A stretch of DNA of 64,000 bases from Bacteroidota bacterium (lineage in GTDB: Bacteria > Bacteroidota > Bacteroidia > Palsa-965): assembly GCA_013289095.1 (NCBI GenBank), contig JABDAO010000002.1:2673-66672 (forward strand), read 5' to 3'. The position numbers and the translations under genes were made by a program. Below are positions 19,907 to 30,081 of this stretch, one piece after another. Every line of letters starts with the position of its first letter. Within the stretch, counting starts at the first letter, position 1. Below the pieces are notes generated by a model. That model was not told where the DNA came from, searched no databases, and saw nothing but the letters and a program-made list of their open reading frames with translations.

Positions 19907-20348
19907 TGTTTACAATAAATTCAGACTGTTCACCCGATGAGCCGGTGTGCAGACTCATCAAACTTGTCAACTTCCTGCCGGGTTTAAATTAAATTTGTAT
20001 TATTAGATGGTTTGTAAAAATAGCAAAAAGCATAATAGTATTCCGAAAATGTAGTCACGTACTTTTGATTTTAAAGACAGCACTTGGTATATGTGCATTC
20101 GTTTCCTGGGCCAGACCACCGGGCCCGGATATTAGGGACAACGTCATATTTTTGTAGCTTTGAGTTTCACAACTTGAATTTTGCCGGGTTTCGGAGATGG
20201 ATTAGCGGTATATTTTGCCATTCTACCGCTGAGCTGTTGATCTGCCTTCGATGCATTTGGGTGCGTGATTTAGACCCCTTGTTTTAAAAGTGACTCGTAA
20301 ATGACTGATCCTGGTTAACTTGTCCGGAGCTTGATTCAAATATAGGAT

Positions 20349-21740
20349 ATGGAAGATGAGGTTGTAAACAGAGGGTATTTGGAAAGCCTTGGCTCGGTTG
20401 AGCTCATGGCCTTCCCGTTCTACCTGTTTATTATTTTCTATCTGTCGTATGCCTATCAGATGAAACGCATTGGGAATAACCCGTCCTATACTTATTTTTC
20501 AAAAGGATTGATGGTTAAACTGATGGGTGCGCTCTTTTTTTGTTTGTGCTATATCTACTACTATCAGGGTGGAGATACCATCGCCTATTTTGAGTCTTCG
20601 AGGTCTTTTGTGAATTTGCTGCAACTACGCCCCAATTCATTTTTAACGGTTTATTTCGGATCCAATTCGGTTGAAAATTACTCGCAGTTTGATATGTTCA
20701 CCGGATTACCCTTCAAATATATGTATTTCGAAGGACGGACCATGTTCGTTATTAAAATCATTTTCCCCTTCGTCCTGCTCGGGTTTAAAAGTTATCTGAT
20801 TTCTACAATTCTGCTCTCTGCCACCTCTTTTCTGGGGATATGGAGGATGTATCAGGTATTTGTGAGGTACTACCCAGAGTATTATAAACAGATTGCGATC
20901 GGCTTTCTTTTTCTGCCTACTGCAATTTTCTGGGGATCCGGAATCCTTAAAGACACGATCACACTGACGGCATTTTGTTGGTTTGTAAGTTCCTTCGAAA
21001 AAGGGATTATTTCACGCGAGAAAATAGTGGTGAATGTACTGATAGCACTTCTGGCAGGATATATTATCCTCCTCATCAAACCCTATATTTTGATGGCTTG
21101 TGTTCCGGGGATGTTTGCCTGGATGTTTCATCAGCGTGTTGCGAAGATAAGAAACAAGTTCCTGAAGGTTTCAGCCATGCCGATTATCTATGCGTTAAGT
21201 ATTGTTCTTGGGATTGGTATCATGGCCCTCCTTGGCGATAGGCTAGACAAATTTTCGCTCAACAAAGTTTTATTTTCGGCCAAGGAATCACAGATGGATT
21301 TGAAAAACGATGCATATGAGGGCCATGGTTTCGATATTGGCTCGTATGACGCATCCGTACAAGGCGTGATGGGCAAAGCTCCCATTGCAATCGTTTCCGG
21401 ATTGTTCCGGCCTTTTATCTGGGAAGCAAAGAATTTTGTAATGCTCTTGTCGGCGCTGGAGAATCTGGCTTTTCTCTATTTATTTATCTACCCATTTGTG
21501 AAAATCGGGTTCAAAAAAACCGTGCTCATCCTTTTTGACAATCCCTTACTGTTTTTTCTATTCTCCTATTCGGTTTTCTTTGCCTTTTCAATCGGTATTT
21601 CTACCTCGAATTTTGGGGCGCTGGTCAGGTTTAAGATCGCTTTTGCCCCATTCCTTGCAACCCTGCTCTTAATTTTGTACGGACTTAAAAGCAAGAAGAA
21701 GGTGAAGAAAATAAACCAGTCGGCATACCAGTCAAGATAA
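20349..21740 (+). CDS. Polytopic membrane protein, putative Wzy-type polymerase or GT-C enzyme
   Basis: About 11 TM segments, GGDTIAYF loop, FWGSGILKD, LFRPFIWE, NFGALVRFK. Located in a glycan locus. Confidence 0.6.
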   Translation: MEDEVVNRGYLESLGSVELMAFPFYLFIIFYLSYAYQMKRIGNNPSYTYFSKGLMVKLMGALFFCLCYIYYYQGGDTIAYFESSRSFVNLLQLRPNSFLTVYFGSNSVENYSQFDMFTGLPFKYMYFEGRTMFVIKIIFPFVLLGFKSYLISTILLSATSFLGIWRMYQVFVRYYPEYYKQIAIGFLFLPTAIFWGSGILKDTITLTAFCWFVSSFEKGIISREKIVVNVLIALLAGYIILLIKPYILMACVPGMFAWMFHQRVAKIRNKFLKVSAMPIIYALSIVLGIGIMALLGDRLDKFSLNKVLFSAKESQMDLKNDAYEGHGFDIGSYDASVQGVMGKAPIAIVSGLFRPFIWEAKNFVMLLSALENLAFLYLFIYPFVKIGFKKTVLILFDNPLLFFLFSYSVFFAFSIGISTSNFGALVRFKIAFAPFLATLLLILYGLKSKKKVKKINQSAYQSR

Positions 21741-21885
21741 TCAGGTAAATAGTCAATGGCTGATATTCGGGTGGTTTATACCTGAATTTTCCGGAAAAGC
21801 CTGACTGTTGAGAAGGATAATGGGCAACAGACATTGTGATTTCTTTCACCCCCCCCCGCCTGATTTTTATTTTTCTCTTGGGATT

Positions 21886-22767
21886 TTACAATCTAATCCA
21901 ATCTTTCGGGATCAGATCAGCCATTCGATGCTCCGGCCCGTTTATCCATTTCAGCGGGGCAATAACCAGGTTGTTTTTTTGATTCGAAAGCCAAACCGCC
22001 CACCAGGCGAAGCTACTGTTTGAGATGATAAAATGGTTGCAGGCAGACATCAGTCGGATATAGTCCTGACACTTTGGGCCAGTATACTGATCTGATACAA
22101 AACAGACATTTCCGGTAAACGAGAGATTGTTCCTGCACCATTCAATCTCATCTGAAAAAACAAAGAAGTAGGGGTCAGTTACCTGTGATCTGAGCACGCG
22201 CTCTGCATCGGTATAATAGGAGGGAGCGATTGTTTCGTGAAATGAGTTTAGTACAAAATCGCCCCTTCGAACATGCACACAGACCGAATTCGTTTCTTTT
22301 ATTCTTTTTAACAAAACCTGTGAATTATCCAAAAGCGGTTCTCTGAAAGTGAAGTCTGTTTTTCGGAGCGAATCGGATGTGGCGCTGAAATATTTTTCGC
22401 TCTGCCAGTATCCTTCCAGATAGGTATTGTCAGGAGCATTCAGAAATGCGGGATGAAACCGATAACTAGGCTCCCGGATATAGGATTTTTTTGTCCCCAA
22501 TATTTTATTCAGGACTTTTTCTGCGAAGCGGATCCCGGTGCGTTTGGAAAGCCCGGCTACTTCATTTGGAGTGGCGAACTCTTTTGAAATATTAAAGATG
22601 GAGAGATCGTAGTTTCGAAAAACAAATTTTGTGTTTTGTATTGACCTGTCCAACAGAAACAGGGTATCCAGTTTCAAAATGGTGTGATTCCTGCTAGCCA
22701 GTTCGTTTCCAAATGCGTATTGAAACATTTGGTTGCCCAACCCGCCCATCAGTTTTGCAATGATCAT
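21886..22767 (-). CDS. GT11 alpha-1,2-fucosyltransferase-like protein
   Basis: GGLGNQMFQYA, YLEGYWQSEKYF, VHVRRGDFV, IISNSSFAWWA. Confidence 0.92.
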   Translation of the reverse strand: MIIAKLMGGLGNQMFQYAFGNELASRNHTILKLDTLFLLDRSIQNTKFVFRNYDLSIFNISKEFATPNEVAGLSKRTGIRFAEKVLNKILGTKKSYIREPSYRFHPAFLNAPDNTYLEGYWQSEKYFSATSDSLRKTDFTFREPLLDNSQVLLKRIKETNSVCVHVRRGDFVLNSFHETIAPSYYTDAERVLRSQVTDPYFFVFSDEIEWCRNNLSFTGNVCFVSDQYTGPKCQDYIRLMSACNHFIISNSSFAWWAVWLSNQKNNLVIAPLKWINGPEHRMADLIPKDWIRL

Positions 22768-22859
22768 AAGTAACTGTTTATACAGGTTGTAACATCACTT
22801 GGTCTCGTCAGGCATAGGTTCTAACTACATTCGATTGAGAACTGAAGTGTCAGTTGTAA

Positions 22860-23540
22860 TCAGCCGGTGAAACCTTTGTCCACAAATATTGAATTTACAT
22901 ACGTGTCCGCGTAATGAAAATAGCCATTTTCTGTCAGATAATCAATCACGTTTGATAGTTTAACCCCTTCATTCTTTTCGGAAAAGGTGATCGTTTCAAG
23001 GCAAAGCACTTTTGGGCGATAGCGTTTAAAGTCGATGGAGAGTGCGATTTCCTCATTGAGCCCTTCCACATCTATCGAGACCAAGTCAGGACCAACGCTG
23101 AAATTTTCACTTAGTATGGTATTGATATTTTTTAAGGCTACTTTAATGACCGATTCAATTCTATAGGTACCTTCCTGCTGTAACTTTTGCGCATCTTCTT
23201 TTGAAAAAGTGCTCAACGTGTCTGGCCGCATGATGTAGAAATCAGTTTCGCGCTCTTCGTGCGTACTCACCCCAATATTTAAACACCGATCTCTCTTTCT
23301 GCTGCGTGCCAGCGTTCTGCATAAGGCCGGATTGGGTTCAACGCAGACACCGCTTGCGCCTTCAGCATAAAACTTGAATGTGTTGTTCCTTATTTTAGGA
23401 TGGTTGGCCCCGATATCCAGAAAAGTCTTCACCGTTGATTTTCGGTTTCGGAATATCTGATCAATGATAATGTCTTCTCCCGCCTGGGAATAGGAGATTA
23501 CGGCGCCCAGGAGCTTATATGCAATTGTATCTTTTAACAT
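22860..23540 (-). CDS. FkbM family methyltransferase #1
   Basis: YSQAGED, FLDIGANHP, VEPNP, SIDVEG. Confidence 0.9.
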   Translation of the reverse strand: MLKDTIAYKLLGAVISYSQAGEDIIIDQIFRNRKSTVKTFLDIGANHPKIRNNTFKFYAEGASGVCVEPNPALCRTLARSRKRDRCLNIGVSTHEERETDFYIMRPDTLSTFSKEDAQKLQQEGTYRIESVIKVALKNINTILSENFSVGPDLVSIDVEGLNEEIALSIDFKRYRPKVLCLETITFSEKNEGVKLSNVIDYLTENGYFHYADTYVNSIFVDKGFTG

Positions 23541-23543
23541 AGT

Positions 23544-24488
23544 TTAATCACGATTATAGCTGATACGTTCAAGGAACAGGTTAGCACAAATGGCATCCGT
23601 CATATTCTCAGAGACCCAGGTTTCTGGTTCGTAGTCTTTCAATTCCGATCCGAGCGCTACCTCAAAATCTGCAAGGTTTTTAAATGTCTTTCCTGTCATT
23701 TTTGAAAGATAGGGCGCCGAGCTACAAGCATAGTTTGTGTTTTTATACATCCAGACACCCGGGTCCCAAACAAACGTAGGAGTGTTTGTGGCCCAGATTT
23801 CAAGAAGAGCCAGACCTTGTGATTCCTGCTCCACAAAATAAACCACCGCTTTTGCTCTTGTCATCAACTCTTTGAACCCCGGGTGGCTGTACGATCCATA
23901 AATCAATTCTTCCACCTGGTACCCCATATTGAGTGCATGTGTTTTGCAATGTTCGTAGATGTAATGTTCTGGCCTCTTTTTATAGAAGACAATGACCGGC
24001 TTGGGGGTTTCCTGTTTCGTAGTTTTCCATAGATCTTTGTCAACTCCGGCAGGCCATATCACAATTCGCTCCTCTAAAGCCGGATTGTCAAGTAAATAGA
24101 ACGATTTTGTCCATTCGGAGTTCACCGCATAACAATCAATTTCAGGCGATGCGATCACGCCACCGGCATCGGCAGATGAAATTACAATATTAGGACCAGC
24201 GCTGAGACGCTTTATCTTTCCCTTCCGTTTAAGTCTGATGGCAAGACGAAGCGCTTTTTTGTTAGCAAGAACATGAATATGTGTAGAATGCTCCGATAGC
24301 CTGAACGGATTGTAGGAGTATTCTTGATTGTTTTTTTCTAATCCTTTAATCAAACTCCTTACAACTCCAAAATGCCCTGAGTAGGGGAGGATTTCCCTTT
24401 GAAGAAGATACCTTTTAATGAAATTCTTCGCCTTCTTTTTTACCTGAAACCAAAAACTAAAACTCGGCTCAGTTAGAATCGTTATCAT
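23544..24488 (-). CDS. Putative GT-B glycosyltransferase
   Basis: WPAGVD, ESQGLALLEIWATNTP (ExxGxxxxE-like). Confidence 0.7.
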   Translation of the reverse strand: MITILTEPSFSFWFQVKKKAKNFIKRYLLQREILPYSGHFGVVRSLIKGLEKNNQEYSYNPFRLSEHSTHIHVLANKKALRLAIRLKRKGKIKRLSAGPNIVISSADAGGVIASPEIDCYAVNSEWTKSFYLLDNPALEERIVIWPAGVDKDLWKTTKQETPKPVIVFYKKRPEHYIYEHCKTHALNMGYQVEELIYGSYSHPGFKELMTRAKAVVYFVEQESQGLALLEIWATNTPTFVWDPGVWMYKNTNYACSSAPYLSKMTGKTFKNLADFEVALGSELKDYEPETWVSENMTDAICANLFLERISYNRD

Positions 24489-24535
24489 TGTTTCTTGATT
24501 TGTTGTACCCGTTCTGGTCGAACACTAAAATGCAT

Positions 24536-25423
24536 CTATCGTATTCCAAGCATTAAAGCCGTTTCTTCCGAACAAAACAGGTAATTATAATAATCGCTCT
24601 TTTCGATCTTCTCAACCCTTCTGATCCCTTTTGTTTCATCAATGTTGAAATACAGGTAACCTAAACCTTCAAGCATGGTCTCTATTTTTTGACCAATTTC
24701 GTCTGTAAGTATCTCTATCAACATGGTTGGCCGGTGAATCTTCAGGTGTTTTGCATACCCTTCGAGGACTTCGGGTTCATGTGTTTCTACGTCTATCTTC
24801 AAAAGATCAAAACGCTGAATGTGTTCCTGCTCAATAATGGTATCCAGTGTGATTGTTTGAATGCGTTTTTCGATGACCTGGGTGGTGGGAGGGAAAAAAT
24901 TCTGATTTACCGTTACGGAGTAGATGTGATCGCTTGTGGCATTATCATAGATAACGGCTTCCCCATTTTTATTGGAGATGGCCAACGGACTGCACTGAAT
25001 ATCATACTTGTTCAGTTCGTTGTTTTTCACCAACTTTTCAAAGACCCGGTCAACGGGTTCGTATGCATAGACTTTGGAGCGAGGGTTGACAGACTTAGCG
25101 ATGAGTGCATACACGCCTGTGTTTGCACCGATGTCAACAATTACGGATGCGTTTTTGCATAGCTTGATCCATAAACCCAGTGAAACACATTCCCATCCAT
25201 GTTCTATTCCTTCCCAAAACAGTTCATTCTCTATCCTGAAACCATAATGCATGATATCAAAAGAAGTAGTAACGCCTGTTTTTACCGGAAATACGCCATT
25301 GAAATAAAGATGTCTGTACATACGACCCGGCGGAATCGCTATCGCTTTCAGGAGTGTAAATACTTCTCTTTTAAAAGGAAGCTTCTTCAGGACACTTTTA
25401 AGAGATCGTCTGATGATGGACAT
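24536..25423 (-). CDS. FkbM family methyltransferase #2
   Basis: VDIGANTGVY, AYEP, LKIDVETHE. Confidence 0.9.
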   Translation of the reverse strand: MSIIRRSLKSVLKKLPFKREVFTLLKAIAIPPGRMYRHLYFNGVFPVKTGVTTSFDIMHYGFRIENELFWEGIEHGWECVSLGLWIKLCKNASVIVDIGANTGVYALIAKSVNPRSKVYAYEPVDRVFEKLVKNNELNKYDIQCSPLAISNKNGEAVIYDNATSDHIYSVTVNQNFFPPTTQVIEKRIQTITLDTIIEQEHIQRFDLLKIDVETHEPEVLEGYAKHLKIHRPTMLIEILTDEIGQKIETMLEGLGYLYFNIDETKGIRRVEKIEKSDYYNYLFCSEETALMLGIR

Positions 25424-25572
25424 AGTGAGGTGTAAGGGGAAGCAAAATTAAATATAATTGTACGAAAGCTCTCGCATCTCATTTCTTTTTCCTCCCTTAC
25501 CTTGATAGGCATTGCCTTTTTAAGGTTGAATCGAAGCTGATTGAAGAAATTCTATCTCGTCGGGATGCGATA

Positions 25573-25580
25573 CAAATATA
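25573..25580 (-). promoter_or_regulatory. -7 promoter element TATATTTG upstream of the FkbM#2-GT-FkbM#1 unit
   Basis: TAnnTTTG match in a 400-bp intergenic gap. Confidence 0.4.
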
Positions 25581-25830
25581 GCGAAATTACTATGTGTCTG
25601 GAATGTGAATTGGCCGGTACGTTGGGCAGATGGGGTAGATTATATAACATCGTTCCTGTCCATACATGTCAGCCTAGGAGCAGCATACGTTGAAAATTGA
25701 TTCTGATACAACCCTTCGGCTGCCGGGCAAGTTGACTTTTAGATGGGTTTGTTTGATCACCTCTCGTTTTTCGAGCCGTTATTGAACACTCCAATGTAAT
25801 CTATGCGGCTTATCGCATCGATTCAATGGA

Positions 25831-26616
25831 TCAGACCGTTTCAGAAAAGAACTTTTTATTTCTATAAATAGCATCATATTCTTCCAGCCAAAGTCCCTCA
25901 CGCCGGTAATTGGCAATAATATCAACAAGCTCAAAACCCTGATTTTGTAAAAAACGATCAACTACATCATAAGACGAGGAATTTTCATAGAATTTGTGCT
26001 TTTGCATTTCGGTCAGGATGTATTTGGTCCGTTGCAGGAGCTGCGTGCCCCCTGAAAGCACATCAAGTTCTGCTCCCTGAACATCCAGTTTTATTAACAA
26101 TACATTTTCTGAATTGTCGGCAAATTCATTATCCAGTGTATTTACCTGTACGAGCAGTTCTTTTTCAAGAATCATCGAGGATTCGTAAGGGTGCTTTTTA
26201 TGTTTGAGTAATGAGCTGTCGGCTTTTTTTAGGGAGGAGGTCAATGAGTTGGAGTTCACGAAAAATGGCATTTCACCCGGTTTATTGCTTAATGCAATGT
26301 TTCTAATCTTTATGTTCATTGATTTTTTGCTTTTCAAGTGCAGGATATCCTGAAAAGCGGGATTTGGCTCAAAGGCATAGAATGGATTCGTGGGAAAATC
26401 AGTCTGCAGAAACATCAGAATCTCTCCGTTTGCAGCCCCGATATCGATTATAATATCTTTTGGATTAACACTGTTTGACTTAATAAAGCGGACAGCCTGA
26501 CGGAGATGCTGTAATTTGTCAATCAATATCGTATCTCTGATGTACCTTTTTGCCCTTACAGAGCCGGTAAATGGCAGAAAATAGACGCGGAGTAAAAAAT
26601 TCACCAATGCTCTCAT
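25831..26616 (-). CDS. FkbM family methyltransferase #3
   Basis: IDIGAANG, AFEPNP, IKLDVQGAE. Confidence 0.9.
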   Translation of the reverse strand: MRALVNFLLRVYFLPFTGSVRAKRYIRDTILIDKLQHLRQAVRFIKSNSVNPKDIIIDIGAANGEILMFLQTDFPTNPFYAFEPNPAFQDILHLKSKKSMNIKIRNIALSNKPGEMPFFVNSNSLTSSLKKADSSLLKHKKHPYESSMILEKELLVQVNTLDNEFADNSENVLLIKLDVQGAELDVLSGGTQLLQRTKYILTEMQKHKFYENSSSYDVVDRFLQNQGFELVDIIANYRREGLWLEEYDAIYRNKKFFSETV

Positions 26617-26704
26617 TCTGTATGTTGGATTATCACGTTAGACGATTGGTTTTATCTTCACCCCCCCCGAATCTGACGAATTGAAGAAGGCTAAATTCGC
26701 ACCA

Positions 26705-26712
26705 CAAAAATA
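26705..26712 (-). promoter_or_regulatory. -7 promoter element TATTTTTG upstream of FkbM#3
   Basis: TAnnTTTG match about 90 nt upstream of the start. Confidence 0.4.
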
Positions 26713-26914
26713 AGATTAATAATGAATCAGGGTCTCGATAGTCCCGCTTCAACCGGAACAAGGGTTGAGTTAGATCTTTCTTTAGAAATCCGTTTTGGGA
26801 TCAGGATGCTATACGGTTTCTTTTCATCTCTATTCGAAGCAGAAGATTGTCCTGATCTGAAATCACGCAGCACATTCAGAAAGAAGAAGCTCTGTTTGCC
26901 CTTTTATATATCTG

Positions 26915-27003
26915 GGGCATCTCTAATAACCCCGTTTTCTTGATCTCTCCCTGACCCTCTCCCAAGGAGAGGGAATGTTTGGAAGGGGTTATTAGAGATG
27001 CCC
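26915..27003. mobile_element. 89-bp MITE/REP-like element, copy 2
   Basis: Perfect 19-bp TIR GGGCATCTCTAATAACCCC and internal hairpin CCCTCTCC/GGAGAGGG. Near-identical to 16225-16319. Confidence 0.75.
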
Positions 27004-27038
27004 TCTATTGAATTTTATCGGCTTGTTTGTACCTTGAA

Positions 27039-28229
27039 CTATTTTGTGGTGAAGATCTTCGAGTAAACGCCCCTTGTTCTCTCAAAGCTCCTGTATTGAT
27101 AAGCCAGTCTTGAAATTTCGTTTCTGTGCGATTGATCCTTCAATATGACGCTGATTTTCGCAAAACCAGAAGCTAGGCTTTCTTCCGTTAGTTCAAAGAC
27201 AGCTCCTGCATTTTTTGTTATTATAATGTTACTGTCATCTCCGCAATCGGGGGGGCAGACAACGGGTAAACCATTTGCCCAATATTCCCCAATTTTAATA
27301 TGTGAGGAAAATTTGGCGTAAGGATTTGGCTTTGTCAAGGTAAATGCCATATCGGATGCCGATAAATAGGCCGGAATTTTATCATGTGCCACGAAGCCTG
27401 TCACAATTTTGTCGGTATCCATTCCAAGTGAATGCAGTGAAGCCAGGATAAGAGTCCTGGGATGTGGAGAAAGGATGATAAGTCTGAACCGATCCTTAAA
27501 AAATGCGAAAGCCTGTTTGAACACCCAAAAGGCCTCTTCGTCGTAATAAATTCCTCCAAACTTTCCGGTATAGATGCCCACAATGGAATCATCAGCTATC
27601 GAGAGCTCTTTTCGGATTGCGGAGCGTTGTGTTTCTGAATAGGAGAATACCTCAACCGGCACACAACAGGGAATGGTGAAGATTTTGTTGGGCGATATGC
27701 CCTGTCTGATCAGTTCAAGCTTGTAGTTTTCGCTTACCGGCATCAGGATGCTTGCATACTGCATCTGCTTTTTTTCCCAATATTTCTGAAATCGATAACG
27801 TAAACCCCAGTGTGGCCATTCACCTGTTTCGCGCATATAGTCGGCATGGGGTTCAAATGATTCAACACAAAGTTTGAGCTTGTTTCGTCTGCAAATTGAA
27901 TAAGCCAGCGCTCCAGCCATGACGCCCCTGGTAAAGATATACGAAACACGATATTGGTCGAGGATCGATTGTAGTTTTATCGGGAAATGAAAAAAATCGG
28001 CAGTTTTGTTGAAGATGTTGTGCCGGTAATTCTTTGAATGCAGGGCATAATGAACCACCTTCTGGCAGTTAAAGGGATGCCCCGAGGGTACGGCCTCTGA
28101 TCGTTCGATGGTGACAAAAACAATTTTTTCAATAGATTCCAGTGTATCCAGTATCTCGAGATGCGGATAGACGGTCGAAACGGTTAACGGATCATTGAGT
28201 CCCCAATAACTAAGATAAAGTATGGTCAT
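27039..28229 (-). CDS. Glycosyltransferase family 4-like
   Basis: LSYWGLNDPLTVSTV, IPCCVP, YTGKFGG, SSHIKIGEYWANGLPVV. Confidence 0.85.
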   Translation of the reverse strand: MTILYLSYWGLNDPLTVSTVYPHLEILDTLESIEKIVFVTIERSEAVPSGHPFNCQKVVHYALHSKNYRHNIFNKTADFFHFPIKLQSILDQYRVSYIFTRGVMAGALAYSICRRNKLKLCVESFEPHADYMRETGEWPHWGLRYRFQKYWEKKQMQYASILMPVSENYKLELIRQGISPNKIFTIPCCVPVEVFSYSETQRSAIRKELSIADDSIVGIYTGKFGGIYYDEEAFWVFKQAFAFFKDRFRLIILSPHPRTLILASLHSLGMDTDKIVTGFVAHDKIPAYLSASDMAFTLTKPNPYAKFSSHIKIGEYWANGLPVVCPPDCGDDSNIIITKNAGAVFELTEESLASGFAKISVILKDQSHRNEISRLAYQYRSFERTRGVYSKIFTTK

Positions 28230-28263
28230 AGCAATTACTTTTCTGGGCGGCCGGTTATGAAAT

Positions 28264-29166
28264 TCATTTTAGCAGAGAGGATAAACGGCTCGTAATGGTT
28301 TTTCCGGCAAGGAGCTTTAACATGTGCAACAAGATCTTGCGTTGCAAGCCCAGAAACGACCTGGCTTTCAGGATGTAATGCCAGGAAGTTTTGTAATCAT
28401 TCTCCAGATAACTGTGAATGGCGCAGATATAGCCTGTGTTTCCTCTCAGAATTGATTTTTCGTCATCCGTAAGCGGAATCCGATTTTCGAGATACCTGGT
28501 TGCAAGTTCACGCCGGGTAATTATCAACTTGTTTTGATGCATGGACCGTAAGGGGTGATCAGTAAGGTTTAGTGTAGCGCAGCTACTTATAAATATCTTT
28601 TCCAGAACTAAATTGTCCATGAAAAAGATCCAATCTTCCATGGCTGAATATCCCCGGTCTTCAAAAAAGCCGATGAGCTTTGGGTTATCTCTGCGGATGC
28701 AGACATTGCAGGCTAGTGGGTTGCCGGCCAGAAAAAGCGTGTATGAATACATTCCTTCCTGTAGCTTGCTGGTATTCCATCCTTGTCTGTGATCGGGAGT
28801 TTGGACGGTATAATTCGTCGAGAAAAAATTGATTTCGGGATAGCGAACAATACTCTCTGACAAGACCTGCAGATGGTTATTTTGAAATTGGTCGTCTGAG
28901 TCTAGCAGAACCACGAAAGTTCCTTTCGAAGACCGTATGCCGTTATTTCTTGCAGCGCCTCGTTCTTGATTCGTTTGAAAAATATATCGGATTTTATCTG
29001 GATGGGAGGCTTGGTATTGTTCCACTACTTGCCTGGTATTATCAGTGCTGCCATCGTCAATTATGAGCAATTCAAAATCCTGACAGTTCTGATCCAATAC
29101 AGATTGTATAGCTCCCGGAAGAAAGGCAGACCGATTGAAAGCTGGAATGACTATAGAAAAGCGCAT
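28264..29166 (-). CDS. Glycosyltransferase family 2
   Basis: FSIVIPAFN, IDDGSTD, AARNNG, LLDSDD. Confidence 0.92.
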   Translation of the reverse strand: MRFSIVIPAFNRSAFLPGAIQSVLDQNCQDFELLIIDDGSTDNTRQVVEQYQASHPDKIRYIFQTNQERGAARNNGIRSSKGTFVVLLDSDDQFQNNHLQVLSESIVRYPEINFFSTNYTVQTPDHRQGWNTSKLQEGMYSYTLFLAGNPLACNVCIRRDNPKLIGFFEDRGYSAMEDWIFFMDNLVLEKIFISSCATLNLTDHPLRSMHQNKLIITRRELATRYLENRIPLTDDEKSILRGNTGYICAIHSYLENDYKTSWHYILKARSFLGLQRKILLHMLKLLAGKTITSRLSSLLK

Positions 29167-29196
29167 AGCGGTTTGTTGTGCGTTCGGTACAGAAGC

Positions 29197-30081
29197 TCAG
29201 TGTTCGGCCTGTCGGGCAATGATGTCGAAATGACAATTTTTGAAATCAGAGTTCCGGTGAATCCGTTCTCCGGTGAAAGCATGTATGATAACCGGATAAT
29301 ACTCTTCAAGAAATGTGATGAGCATGGAAGCCGAAGCATGCTGCCTTTGAAGATTTGCGTCACTTAATTCAATGAAAAGGGTCGGACGCCATTTTTGGAT
29401 GATTTCCTTGCCTCCAAGGAGTACCTGGTACTCAAAGCCTTCAACATCTATTTTTATTAAATCAATCTTAGGGATGTTTTGTTCTTCCACAAACAGGTCG
29501 AGTGTGGTAACTTCTATCCAGTTGAATGATCCATCGGTCTGGTCATTGATCCTTCCTCCGCCCCTGTTATCTGCTGTGTCAAAAGTTAGTTTGTGTCTTT
29601 CTTTTGTCTGCCCCATCCCGAAATTGAAAATAGTTATAGGAAGCTCTGGGTTCAGGTTCATGTTTTTTGATAATTGTTCAAAATTATACATGTCGGGCTC
29701 AAAGGCATATACCTGCCCGCCGGTTCCAACTTTTTCTTTCAGTCGCAGACAGGTAAAGCCAATATTGGCCCCGATGTCAAAAACCGTGTTGTTTGTCTCG
29801 GCAAGCCCCAATAATCGCCTGGTCTCCGATTCATGATACCCAAAATAAGCTTCATGACCCATATAATCTGAAACATCGAGGTTCATTTTTACAGAACCTA
29901 CTGCGGTTGATCTGAATGTTTTTTTGGCATACTGATAGTGATTCGGCACCAATTTGGAGATAACCAGGGAGGCTTGATTATCCTTCCGGATAAGTTTGGC
30001 CAGCTGCCGTTCAATGCCAGGTTTCTTGAGGAAACCACGGAAGAAATTCAGGAATGCAACTTTAGGAGTCTGTTGATTCAT
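29197..30081 (-). CDS. FkbM family methyltransferase #4
   Basis: FDIGANIG, AFEPD, IKIDVEGFE. Confidence 0.9.
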   Translation of the reverse strand: MNQQTPKVAFLNFFRGFLKKPGIERQLAKLIRKDNQASLVISKLVPNHYQYAKKTFRSTAVGSVKMNLDVSDYMGHEAYFGYHESETRRLLGLAETNNTVFDIGANIGFTCLRLKEKVGTGGQVYAFEPDMYNFEQLSKNMNLNPELPITIFNFGMGQTKERHKLTFDTADNRGGGRINDQTDGSFNWIEVTTLDLFVEEQNIPKIDLIKIDVEGFEYQVLLGGKEIIQKWRPTLFIELSDANLQRQHASASMLITFLEEYYPVIIHAFTGERIHRNSDFKNCHFDIIARQAEH

